Both the position numbers and the translations under genes were made by a program. A DNA stretch of 64,000 bases from Rubrivivax sp. (GTDB lineage Bacteria; Pseudomonadota; Gammaproteobacteria; Burkholderiales; Burkholderiaceae_C). Below are positions 38,778 to 46,835 of this stretch, piece by piece. The number at the start of each line of letters is the position of its first letter. Position 1 is the stretch's first letter. Under the pieces are notes generated by a model. The model ran no database searches and was not told where the DNA came from. It was given only the letters and a program-made list of their open reading frames with translations. The stretch covers positions 38,077 to 102,076 of the forward strand of contig JASGHA010000004.1 in assembly GCA_049841175.1 (NCBI GenBank), written 5' to 3'.

Positions 38778-38864
38778 GCATAACATGGCGCTCAGCCGCG
38801 CTCCCTTCGGTCGCTGGACGCTGCGCGATAAAGCCGGGCAGCGCCGGTTAGATCTACATTAGGC
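38778..38864 (+). other. attC site 2 (R' crossover base altered)
   Basis: R'' GCATAAC is the exact complement of the cassette-start GTTATGC; ...GCTGCGCGATAAAGCCGGGCAGCGCCGGTTAGATCTAC; R' reads ATTAGGC instead of GTTAGGC. Confidence 0.88.
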
Positions 38865-38880
38865 CTCGCTATCAGTCTCC

Positions 38881-39681
38881 GTGGCTCACCATCCGCTCGT
38901 GCGCATACACCCGAACCGATGCAAGCAAGCCAAAGCGCTTCCTGCAACGCCGCGAACTTGGGCGGAACGTCATGCTCCCCTCGCCCAGGTTATCGCGGCG
39001 TACAGCACTCTTGCAGCGGTGGTTGTCGCAGGGCTCGGCTTTTGGTTCACGGTCATACCCCTTTACCAGAAGGCCGCGGTTGACGAGCAACTTGCGAAAC
39101 GTGAAGCTGAACTCAAGCAGTTGGATTCAGAACTCGCACGCGCAAGACGGGAGGCATACGAACTAGTGCGGTCCGGTCTGCTGGAACAGACTGCGATTCG
39201 TGCGTCGTTCGACTGCGCAGGTTTCTTTAGGGACGGTGGGGCAACGGCCATAGATCGCCTGTCTGAACCATTGGCGTCGTGCATTTTGAAGGCCAGCGGA
39301 TCCATCGTTGAAGCAAAGCGATTGACCGAGGGGGACAGCCAAACGCTCATGCGGGAGAGCGAGCGGTTCGTAGCGGAGTGGGAGCAACGACGCCTTGCGA
39401 CACTCGAGAAGGTCAAGGAGATTCCCAGTCGGGCATCCATCGATTCGACAATCCTTGCCGAGGAGGGGCCCCACTCCAAGCGGGTGACAGACTACTTGAC
39501 GAAGATCGAGCCCTATCTGAGCGAAGCGGATCGGCAAAGGCAAAGGCAACGTCAGTTCGAGCGCCGAGTTCGTCAAACTCAGTACCAGATGGCGTTGAAC
39601 TTCGGCACTGAACTGAGCACAGCCATGCTGAAGTTCTATCGTGCAGGCATTTGGCCCGCGGTCAAGCTCACAGCGCAGTAG
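38881..39681 (+). CDS. Hypothetical membrane-anchored coiled-coil protein (cassette 3)
   Basis: Single TM (TLAAVVVAGLGFWFTVIPLY) followed by heptad-like QLAKREAELKQLDSELARARRE; start uncertain. Confidence 0.65.
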   Translation: MAHHPLVRIHPNRCKQAKALPATPRTWAERHAPLAQVIAAYSTLAAVVVAGLGFWFTVIPLYQKAAVDEQLAKREAELKQLDSELARARREAYELVRSGLLEQTAIRASFDCAGFFRDGGATAIDRLSEPLASCILKASGSIVEAKRLTEGDSQTLMRESERFVAEWEQRRLATLEKVKEIPSRASIDSTILAEEGPHSKRVTDYLTKIEPYLSEADRQRQRQRQFERRVRQTQYQMALNFGTELSTAMLKFYRAGIWPAVKLTAQ

Positions 39682-39743
39682 CTACTCGGCGCCCACAAGG
39701 TGCGGCGAGGCCTTGTATCTTCCAAGAGACCGCAGTGAGCAGT

Positions 39744-40016
39744 GGTATCGCTCCTCGTAGTAGACTTGGCCTTGATCGGTGTACTCCTGGCCCTCGCTCA
39801 GCAGGCTGTAGATCAGCCGGGCGAGTTTGTGTGCGGCGGCCGTGACGGCTTTGGCCTTGTCCATGCGGGCGCACAAACGCCGGTAGTACGCGCCCAGCGC
39901 CGACTGGCTGGTGCGCAGCGCCTTGGCGGCGCGGTTGACCGTGGGACGGGTCTTGCCGCTCATGACCTTGCCGCCGGTGATCTTGGTGCCCGGGCACAGG
40001 CCCATCCAGGATGCGA
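39744..40016 (-). pseudogene. IS110-family transposase C-terminal remnant
   Basis: ASWMGLCPGTKITGGKVMSGKT...SALGAYYRRL...KAVTAAAHKLARLIYSLL...GQEY...YYEERY; N-terminal DEDD domain absent. Confidence 0.85.
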
Positions 40017-40180
40017 CTTCCCCTTCCCAGCGTCGGATTGCTGACTTGCACCTTCAATCCTGACGTCTCGACGTCGTGCTGGGTTGTGGGAAGTCCCTTC
40101 GTATTCCCTCCACCGACCACCCGACGCCCGCGGCAGCCAACGACAGTTGTGTGCCAGCGGTGTGCTACCAAAGCCTCGGA

Positions 40181-40279
40181 GCCGGACGTCGGGGCGTGTC
40201 CCGGAGTGAAGTATTAGGAGGAGGGCGGGCGCAGCCCGCCCGGGGGACATGAACGCAGGGACACGCCCCGGCGGCCGGC
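40181..40279 (+). ncRNA. Stem-loop-hairpin-loop-stem RNA element, IS110 bridge/seek-RNA-like, copy R
   Basis: Outer stem 40181-40202/40258-40279; same two loops as copy L, with different but paired stems. Confidence 0.5.
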
Positions 40280-40408
40280 TCTTGCGCCGTTGCTAGCGGA
40301 CGTGATCCAACGAGTTCCTTTGTGGGCTTGAGAGGCGTGAGACGGCCGGAGTGCTTCAGCAGCGGCGAGCCACGGCCGCCGGGCGGCAGCAGACGCCGCA
40401 GGGTTTAA

Positions 40409-41594
40409 GGAAGGTCTGCACAACACGCCGAGCGACCGGATCGGCGCGACATCGTTAGCGACGGCTTTGTGCAGGAGCGCATTGCGCCCCCGAGCCAGCG
40501 TTGTAGGACGGAGAAACGAAGCAAATGGCGCCCAGCGGGGGACGTTTGGCGCCCACCGGGCGCACTCATCCCCGGGCTCCCATGAGATGCCTTCGCGCCA
40601 TCCACAGGTTCGCCAGCGCGAACAGCGTCTGGATCTGCGCCGTGTTCTTGGCCAGCCCCCGGTACCGCACCTTGGTGAAGCCGAACTGCCGCTTCAGCAC
40701 GCGAAACGGGTGCTCCACCTTGGCCCGCACGCTGGCCTTGAGTTGTTCGATTCGCTCGGTGATCGCATCCTGGCGATCCCGCGCGTCGAGCAGCCGCCGC
40801 AGCCCCGGGCGCAAGGCCACGTGCCAGGTCGGCCCTCGCGCCTCGGGCCTCTTGTGCACGCCCTGGTAGCCGGCGTCGCCGAAGGCGTTGCGTTCCTCGC
40901 CATGCAGCAGTTGTCCGGCCACGTTCAGGTCGTTGACGTTCGCCGGCGTGGCCACCACCGTGTGCACCAGCCCCGAGGCCGCGTCCACCCCGATGTGCGC
41001 CTTCATCCCGAAGTACCAGTTGTTGCCCTTGCGGGTCTGCTTCATCTCCGGATCGCGCTCGCCTTCGGCGTTCTTCGTCGAGCTGGGCGCCGCGATCAGC
41101 GTCGCGTCCACCACCGTGCCGGTGCGCAGCATCAGGCCCTTGTGCTGCAGCAGATCGGCCACCAGGCGCAGCATGTCGGCCGCCAGTTCGTGGCGCTCCA
41201 GCAGGTGGCGAAACCGCAGGATCGTCGTCTCGTCGGGCAACCTCTGCGTCGCACCATCGAGCCGAGCGAACTCCCGGTACAGCGGCACGTCGTGCAGCGC
41301 CTCTTCCATCGCCGGGTCGCTCAGCCCGAACCATTGCTGCAGGTAGTGGATGCGCAGCATCGTCTCCAGCGCAAACGGCGGCCGCCCGGTCCTGGCTCGC
41401 GGATAGTGCGGCTGCACGATCTCCACCAGCGCCGCCCACGGCACCACGCGGTCCATCTCCTCGAGGAACTCGCGCTTGCGCGTCTTCTTCGTCGACAGGT
41501 TCAGGCCAAGTCCGAGCTGCTTCATGTCGGGCATCCTCGCCTGCCTACCTCGCACGGGCAAGCCGGCTTCGCGGGGGCGTTTTGCAGACCTTCC
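40409..41594 (-). mobile_element. IS5-family insertion sequence (IS5 subgroup), apparently intact
   Basis: Terminal inverted repeats GGAAGGTCTGCA(C/A)AA; TTAA target duplication at 40405-40408 and 41595-41598; 1186 bp. Confidence 0.95.
40566..41525 (-). CDS. IS5-family DDE transposase
   Basis: KTRKREFLEEM, LSDPAMEEAL, VDATLIAAPSS, YFGMKAHIGVD, GDAGYQG, RAKVEHPF. Confidence 0.95.
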   Translation of the reverse strand: MKQLGLGLNLSTKKTRKREFLEEMDRVVPWAALVEIVQPHYPRARTGRPPFALETMLRIHYLQQWFGLSDPAMEEALHDVPLYREFARLDGATQRLPDETTILRFRHLLERHELAADMLRLVADLLQHKGLMLRTGTVVDATLIAAPSSTKNAEGERDPEMKQTRKGNNWYFGMKAHIGVDAASGLVHTVVATPANVNDLNVAGQLLHGEERNAFGDAGYQGVHKRPEARGPTWHVALRPGLRRLLDARDRQDAITERIEQLKASVRAKVEHPFRVLKRQFGFTKVRYRGLAKNTAQIQTLFALANLWMARRHLMGARG

Positions 41595-41664
41595 TTAAGC
41601 CGCATAGCCGGCAGGTCGCCCTCAATCGGTGCGCGGGACCCGCCCGCAGATTGCAGAGGTGGAT

Positions 41665-42561
41665 ATGTCCTGGTCCCGGCTGAGCGCCGTCGCTCCGATC
41701 GTTTTCGACGCCGCCCCGCTGCGGGGCCGCGAAGCGCCGGCCGCCGCCGCGCTGGCCGGCGCCGTGACGCCGCCGCTGCCGACGGCCGCGGCCGCGCCGG
41801 CGGTGCAGCCGGCGATCGTCGAGCTGCCGCCGGGCGTCGCCGTCGGCGACGTGCTGAGCTTCGAGGTCGTCGAGACCGGCGCGCGGCTGCGGCTGACCGC
41901 TCGCGGCGCGATGCCCGGCTCGACCCCGCCGGGCTGGCAGCTCGACCCGCTGGCGCTGCGCCAGGTGCACGGTGCCGCAGCCGACGATGCCGCGGCGCTG
42001 GCCGTCGCCTGGCGCGCCGGCATCGCCCAGCGCCTGCGCGCCGCGGCCGGCGAGGCGCCGGGCGCGCTCGCCACGCCGCAGCCGCCGCCGGCGCCCTGGC
42101 CGGCCTCGTGGCTGGGGCTGCCGCTGGCGCTGACGATCCCGCTGCCCGACGACGGCGAAGACGCCGCGCCGCCGCCGCCCGGGCTGCGGCGCGCGCCGGC
42201 GCTGCATCTGGTCGTCGACCTGCCGCGGCTCGGGCGTGTCGCGGCGCATCTGCAGCTCGGTGTCGGCGGGCTCTGGCTGGGGCTGGCCTGCGTGCGGCGC
42301 GAGACGCTGCCGGCGCTCAAGCGCGCGCTGCCGGCGCTGGCCACCGGCCTGCGCGACGCCGGCATCGTGCTGCTGCGCTGCCGCGTGCAGGTCGGCGGCC
42401 TGGCCGCCGGCATCGGCGCGGTGCCGCTCGGTGTGCTGCCGGTGGGTTCGCTGCTGCCGCCGTCGCTGTTCGCCGCGGCGACCGAGGTCGTGCTGGCGCT
42501 GGTGCAGGCCGATGCGCGCGACGGCCTCGGCACCGAAAGGCTCAGCCGAGAGTCCCGATGA
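41665..42561 (+). CDS. Hypothetical protein with a FliK-like C-terminal domain
   Basis: ATG after GAGGTGG; Pro/Ala-rich; LHLVVDLPRLGRVAAHLQL resembles hook-length-control C-termini. Confidence 0.5.
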   Translation: MSWSRLSAVAPIVFDAAPLRGREAPAAAALAGAVTPPLPTAAAAPAVQPAIVELPPGVAVGDVLSFEVVETGARLRLTARGAMPGSTPPGWQLDPLALRQVHGAAADDAAALAVAWRAGIAQRLRAAAGEAPGALATPQPPPAPWPASWLGLPLALTIPLPDDGEDAAPPPPGLRRAPALHLVVDLPRLGRVAAHLQLGVGGLWLGLACVRRETLPALKRALPALATGLRDAGIVLLRCRVQVGGLAAGIGAVPLGVLPVGSLLPPSLFAAATEVVLALVQADARDGLGTERLSRESR

Positions 42562-44641
42562 CGCTCACTTCGCGCGACTCCGGGATCTCGTTGTACGACA
42601 GCACCGCGAGCCCCGGCGCGAACAGCCGCGCGTAGCGCGCCAGCAGCGGCCGGATCTGCGGCATCACCAGCAGCACCGGCGCGGCGGCGAGCTGCTTCAT
42701 CTGCTCCAGCACCATCGGCATGTGGGTCTGCAGCTGCGACAGCAGCTTGGGGTCGACCGGGAAGTTGTCCAGCGCGACCTTGGCGCCACCCTGGCGGGCG
42801 TTGTTCAGCGCGCCCAGCAGCAGGTTCTCCAGCTCGGCGCCGAGGCTGAAGGCGCGCATCGTCGGCCCCGGGCCGGCGATGGTGTTGACGATCTGGCGGC
42901 GCAGCGTGCAGCGCACCTCGGCGGCCAGCAGCACCGGGTCCTTGGTCGTCTCGGCGTTCTCCAGCAGCGTCGTGGCGATCGGCACGATGTCCTTGATCGA
43001 CACGTTCTCGGCCAGCAGCAGGCGCAACACCTTCAGCAGCTGGCTGTGCGTGTAGGCCTTGTCCAGCGCCGCGGCGAGCTTGGGCGCCAGCGCGCCGCAG
43101 CGTTCGATCAGCGCCGGCACGTCCTCGTGGCGCAGCAGCTCGCCGAGGTGGTCGCGCACGAGCTTGGAGACGTGCGTCGCGACGACGCCCGCCGGCTCGA
43201 CGACCTGGTAGCCCAGGCCCAGCGCGTGCGCCTTCTGCTCGGGCTCGATCCAGACCACCGGCAGCTGGTAGGCCGGCTCGATGCCGGGCACGCCGTCCAG
43301 GTCGCCGTAGGTCTGCGGCGAGGGCAGGGCCATCAGCCGGTCGGGGAAGACCTCGGCCATCGCGATCGGCGTGCCGCCCAGCAGCACCGCGTACTGCGTC
43401 GGCCGCAGCGACAGGTCGTCGCGCGCGCCCAGGCGCGGCAGCACCAGGCCGAGCTGCTCGCTCATCGTCTGGCGCACGCCCTTCAGCCGCTTGTCCAGCG
43501 GCGCGCCCTGCGCCGGGTCGACCAGCGCCGCGAGGCGGTAGCCGACGGTCACCGCCACCGGCTCGACCACCGGCAGCGTCGGCCAGTCGATCTCGGCCTC
43601 GCGCTCGGCGACCAGCGCCTGCTCGACCGCCTTGGCGGTGTCGTCGGCCGGGGCCACCACCGGGCGGCGCGCCATGCGCCAGGCGACGAAGCCCAGCACA
43701 GCGGCGAAGCCGACGAAGGTCGGCCACGGCATGCCGGGGATCGCGGCCAGCGCCAGCATCACGCCGGCGGCGCCGTAGAGCACCGGCGGCGAGGCCAGCA
43801 GCTGGCGGCCGATCTGCTGCTCGACGTCGCCCGAGTCGCTGACGCGCGTGACGATGATCGCCGCCGCCGCCGACAGCAGCAGCGCCGGGATCTGCGCCAC
43901 GAGGCCGTCGCCGATGGTCAGCAGCGCGTAGGTGCGGAAGGCCTCGGCCAGCGGCAGGCCGTGCATCCAGGCGCCGATCGCGACACCGCCGATCATGTTG
44001 ATCAGCAGGATCAGGATGCCGGCGATGGCGTCGCCGCGCACGAACTTCGACGCGCCGTCCATCGCGCCGTAGAAGTCGGCCTCCGAGCCGACCTCGCGCC
44101 GCCGCGCCTGCGCCTTCTCCTGGTTGATCAGGCCGGCGTTCAGGTCGGCGTCGATCGCCATCTGCTTGCCCGGCAGCGCGTCCAGCGTGAACCGCGCCGA
44201 AACCTCGGAGATGCGTTCGGCGCCCTTCGTCACGACGACGAAGTTGATGATCATCAGGATCACGAAGACGACGATGCCGACGACGAAGTTGCCGCCGATG
44301 ACGACGTTGCCGAAGCTCTCGATGACGCGGCCGGCGGCGTGCGTGCCCTCGTGGCCGTTGAGCAGCACGACCCGCGTCGAGGCGACGTTGAGCGTCAGCC
44401 GCATCAGCGTCGTCGTCAGGATGATCGTCGGGAAGACGGCGAAGTCCAGCGGCCGCTGCGTCGTCACCGCGACCAGCACGACGATGACCGCGAGCACGAT
44501 GTTGAACGTGAACAGCACGTCCAGCAGCAGCGGCGGCAGCGGCAGCACGACCATCGCCAGGATGGCCAGCAGGAAGGCCGGCGCGGCGAGGCGGTTGCGC
44601 TTCAGCGCGGCCAGCAGGGTCTGGGTGGGGGTGTTGCTCAT
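42542..44641 (-). CDS. flhA: Flagellar export apparatus protein FlhA
   Basis: RISEVSARFTLDALPGKQMAIDADL, FYGAMDGASKFVRGDA, LTIGDGLVAQIP. Confidence 0.97.
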   Translation of the reverse strand: MSNTPTQTLLAALKRNRLAAPAFLLAILAMVVLPLPPLLLDVLFTFNIVLAVIVVLVAVTTQRPLDFAVFPTIILTTTLMRLTLNVASTRVVLLNGHEGTHAAGRVIESFGNVVIGGNFVVGIVVFVILMIINFVVVTKGAERISEVSARFTLDALPGKQMAIDADLNAGLINQEKAQARRREVGSEADFYGAMDGASKFVRGDAIAGILILLINMIGGVAIGAWMHGLPLAEAFRTYALLTIGDGLVAQIPALLLSAAAAIIVTRVSDSGDVEQQIGRQLLASPPVLYGAAGVMLALAAIPGMPWPTFVGFAAVLGFVAWRMARRPVVAPADDTAKAVEQALVAEREAEIDWPTLPVVEPVAVTVGYRLAALVDPAQGAPLDKRLKGVRQTMSEQLGLVLPRLGARDDLSLRPTQYAVLLGGTPIAMAEVFPDRLMALPSPQTYGDLDGVPGIEPAYQLPVVWIEPEQKAHALGLGYQVVEPAGVVATHVSKLVRDHLGELLRHEDVPALIERCGALAPKLAAALDKAYTHSQLLKVLRLLLAENVSIKDIVPIATTLLENAETTKDPVLLAAEVRCTLRRQIVNTIAGPGPTMRAFSLGAELENLLLGALNNARQGGAKVALDNFPVDPKLLSQLQTHMPMVLEQMKQLAAAPVLLVMPQIRPLLARYARLFAPGLAVLSYNEIPESREVSVIGTLG

Positions 44642-45774
44642 CGGGTCGGGGTCTCGGCCAGGTGCGGCGGCACCGGCAGGTCGTCGGGCAGTTCGGGGCG
44701 GCGCACGCGCCGGCCGTCGCGGAAGGCCTGCAGCTGCATCACGTAGCCCAGCACCAGCGCCACGGCGCGGTACAGCGCCGCCGGCACCTGCTGGTTGACC
44801 TGGCTGGTGTGATAGATCGCGCGGGCCAGCGGCGGCGCCTCGACGACCTGCACGCCGTGTTCGGCGGCGACGCGGCGGATGTACAGCGCCATCTCGTCGA
44901 CGCCCTTGGCGACGACGAAGGGCGCCTGCGCGCGGCGCTGGTCGTACTTCAGCGCCACGGCGTAGTGCTCGGGGTTGACGACCACCGCGTCGGCGCCGGG
45001 CACGGCCTTGCGCACGCTGCGCTGCGCGATCTGGCGCTGCAGCTGGCGGATGCGCTGGCGCACCTCGGGCCGGCCTTCGGTGGTCTTGTGCTCTTCCTTC
45101 ACTTCCTGCTTGCTCATGCGCTGCTGGCGGCGGAAGAGGAAGGTCTGCAGCGGCAGATCGATCAGCGCGAAGAGCACGAAGACCGCGACCAGCGCGAGGA
45201 TGCCGCCGCGCACCAGCGCCAGGCCGTCGGCGAGCGCGCGGTCCAGCGTCATGCCCTGCAGCCGCAGGTAGTCCTCGGGCGCCGTGCTGGCGACGTGCCA
45301 GAGCACGGCCACCAGCGCCAGCGTCTTCAGCAGCGAGCCGGCGAACTCGGCCCAGTGGCGCGCGCCGAACAGGCGGCCGAGGTTGCTCGCCGGGTTCAGG
45401 CGCTCGGGCTTGGGCTCCAGGTTCTTCGCGCTCGCCACCCAGCCGCCGGGCAGCAGGCCGGCGACGACGGCCAGGAGCGGCACCGCCAGCAGCGGCAGCA
45501 CCATCTTCAGCAGCAGCAGGATCGAGGTCGAGAACAGCGTCGACCAGACCTCGGCCAGCGCGCCGTCGCCGTCCAGCGGCACGAAGGCCGCGCCGAACAG
45601 CAGGCGGAAGTCGGCCAGATAGCCGGGCAGCAGCATCACGAAGACCTGCAGCCCGACGACGATGCCGGCGGCCGTCGCCCAGTCGCGCGAGCGCGGCACC
45701 TGGCCCTGCTCGCGCGCCTTGCGCAGCTTCTGCGGTGTCGCCTTCTCGGTCTTGTCGCCGCCGGACTCAGCCAT
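44638..45774 (-). CDS. flhB: Flagellar export switch protein FlhB
   Basis: KTEKATPQKL, VKEEHKTTEGRPEV, autocleavage site NPEHYAVAL. Confidence 0.96.
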   Translation of the reverse strand: MAESGGDKTEKATPQKLRKAREQGQVPRSRDWATAAGIVVGLQVFVMLLPGYLADFRLLFGAAFVPLDGDGALAEVWSTLFSTSILLLLKMVLPLLAVPLLAVVAGLLPGGWVASAKNLEPKPERLNPASNLGRLFGARHWAEFAGSLLKTLALVAVLWHVASTAPEDYLRLQGMTLDRALADGLALVRGGILALVAVFVLFALIDLPLQTFLFRRQQRMSKQEVKEEHKTTEGRPEVRQRIRQLQRQIAQRSVRKAVPGADAVVVNPEHYAVALKYDQRRAQAPFVVAKGVDEMALYIRRVAAEHGVQVVEAPPLARAIYHTSQVNQQVPAALYRAVALVLGYVMQLQAFRDGRRVRRPELPDDLPVPPHLAETPTR

Positions 45775-46546
45775 GCGTGGTCCTCAGGCCGTGTTCGATC
45801 AGGTCGAGCACACGCTGCATCATCGCCAGGTAGTGCGCCGGCAGGTAGCGCACCAGTGCCACCAGCATCAGCAGGCCGAAGCAGGTGACGACGGCGAAGC
45901 CCAGCGAGTACAGGTTCAGCGCCGGCGAGACGCGGTTCAGCAGCCCCAGGCCGATCTGCACCACCAGCGCCGACAGCACCAGCGGCAGCGCCAGCAGCAT
46001 CGCCGCCGAGAACACCCAGGCCACGGCCAGCGGCAGCGCCTGCAGCGACAGCCCGGCCAGCCCGCCGCCCACCGGCCAGGCCTTGAAGCTGGCCCCGGCG
46101 ACGCCGGCGACGACGAGGTGGCCGTCGACGGCGAAGAACACCAGGATGCCCAGCACGTGCAGCAGGCTGGAGACGACGTCCGAGGACTCGCCGTTCATCG
46201 GGTCGTTCATCACCGCCATCGACAGCCCGATCTGCGACGAGGCCAGGTAGCCCAGCGTCGCCAGCACCGCGTTGACGAGCTGGAAGGCCAGCCCGAGCAC
46301 CAGGCCGATCAGCGCCTGCTCGACGGTGGCGGCGACGCCGGCCAGCGAGAACGGGTCGATCGCCTGCGCCGGCTGCGCGACGGGCAGCAGCACGACAGCC
46401 ATCACCAGCGCCAGCAGCACGCGCTGGGTCAGCGGCAGCAGCGCGTCGCCGAGGATCGCGGTGGCGGCCAGGAAGGCGAGCACGCGGCAGAAGGGCCACC
46501 AGAGTTGCCCGATCAGCCCCAGCCACTGGCCGTAGAGCGCTTCCAT
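45767..46546 (-). CDS. fliR: Flagellar export protein FliR
   Basis: Hydrophobic; QIGLSMAVMNDP, LNRVSPALN. Confidence 0.93.
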   Translation of the reverse strand: MEALYGQWLGLIGQLWWPFCRVLAFLAATAILGDALLPLTQRVLLALVMAVVLLPVAQPAQAIDPFSLAGVAATVEQALIGLVLGLAFQLVNAVLATLGYLASSQIGLSMAVMNDPMNGESSDVVSSLLHVLGILVFFAVDGHLVVAGVAGASFKAWPVGGGLAGLSLQALPLAVAWVFSAAMLLALPLVLSALVVQIGLGLLNRVSPALNLYSLGFAVVTCFGLLMLVALVRYLPAHYLAMMQRVLDLIEHGLRTTHG

Positions 46547-46551
46547 CGCCG

Positions 46552-46824
46552 TCAGCCCACGAGCGTCGCCGCGCGCTGGAAGACCGAGATGCAGAAGTCC
46601 ATCATCGAGCCGACCAGCCAGCGCCCGGCCAGCGCGACGACCAGCAGCGTCGCCAGCAGCCGCGGCAGGAAGCTCAGCGTCTGCTCGTTGATCTGCGTGG
46701 CGGCCTGGAACAGCGCCACCAGCAGCCCGACCAGCAGCCCGGGCACGACCAGCACCGCGACCATGCGCGTCACCAGGCCCAGCGCCTCGCTGACGAGGTC
46801 GGCGGCGATCTCCGGGGTCATCAT
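46552..46824 (-). CDS. fliQ: Flagellar export protein FliQ
   Basis: FQAATQINEQTLSFLPRL. Confidence 0.95.
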   Translation of the reverse strand: MMTPEIAADLVSEALGLVTRMVAVLVVPGLLVGLLVALFQAATQINEQTLSFLPRLLATLLVVALAGRWLVGSMMDFCISVFQRAATLVG

Positions 46825-46835
46825 CGCCGCGGCTC

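Larger units (their letters stand above)
36441..39681 (+). mobile_element. Integron gene-cassette array lacking an integrase (attI plus three cassettes)
   Basis: attI-like site, two attC sites, AT-rich co-oriented ORFs and matching R''/R' cores; no tyrosine recombinase in the window. Confidence 0.85.

Noticed and set aside
38858-38864. ATTAGG shared between attC2 R' and the loop of the bridge-like RNA as proof of attC targeting
   Set aside because: A 6-nt match is too short to support guide-target pairing without alignment to characterised IS110 guides.
40011-40140. Group II intron fragment
   Set aside because: A GGTGCAAGTC-like stretch and long hairpins suggested it, but there is no domain V (AGC triad hairpin), no RT ORF and no GUGYG/AY boundaries. 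The IS110 context explains it better.
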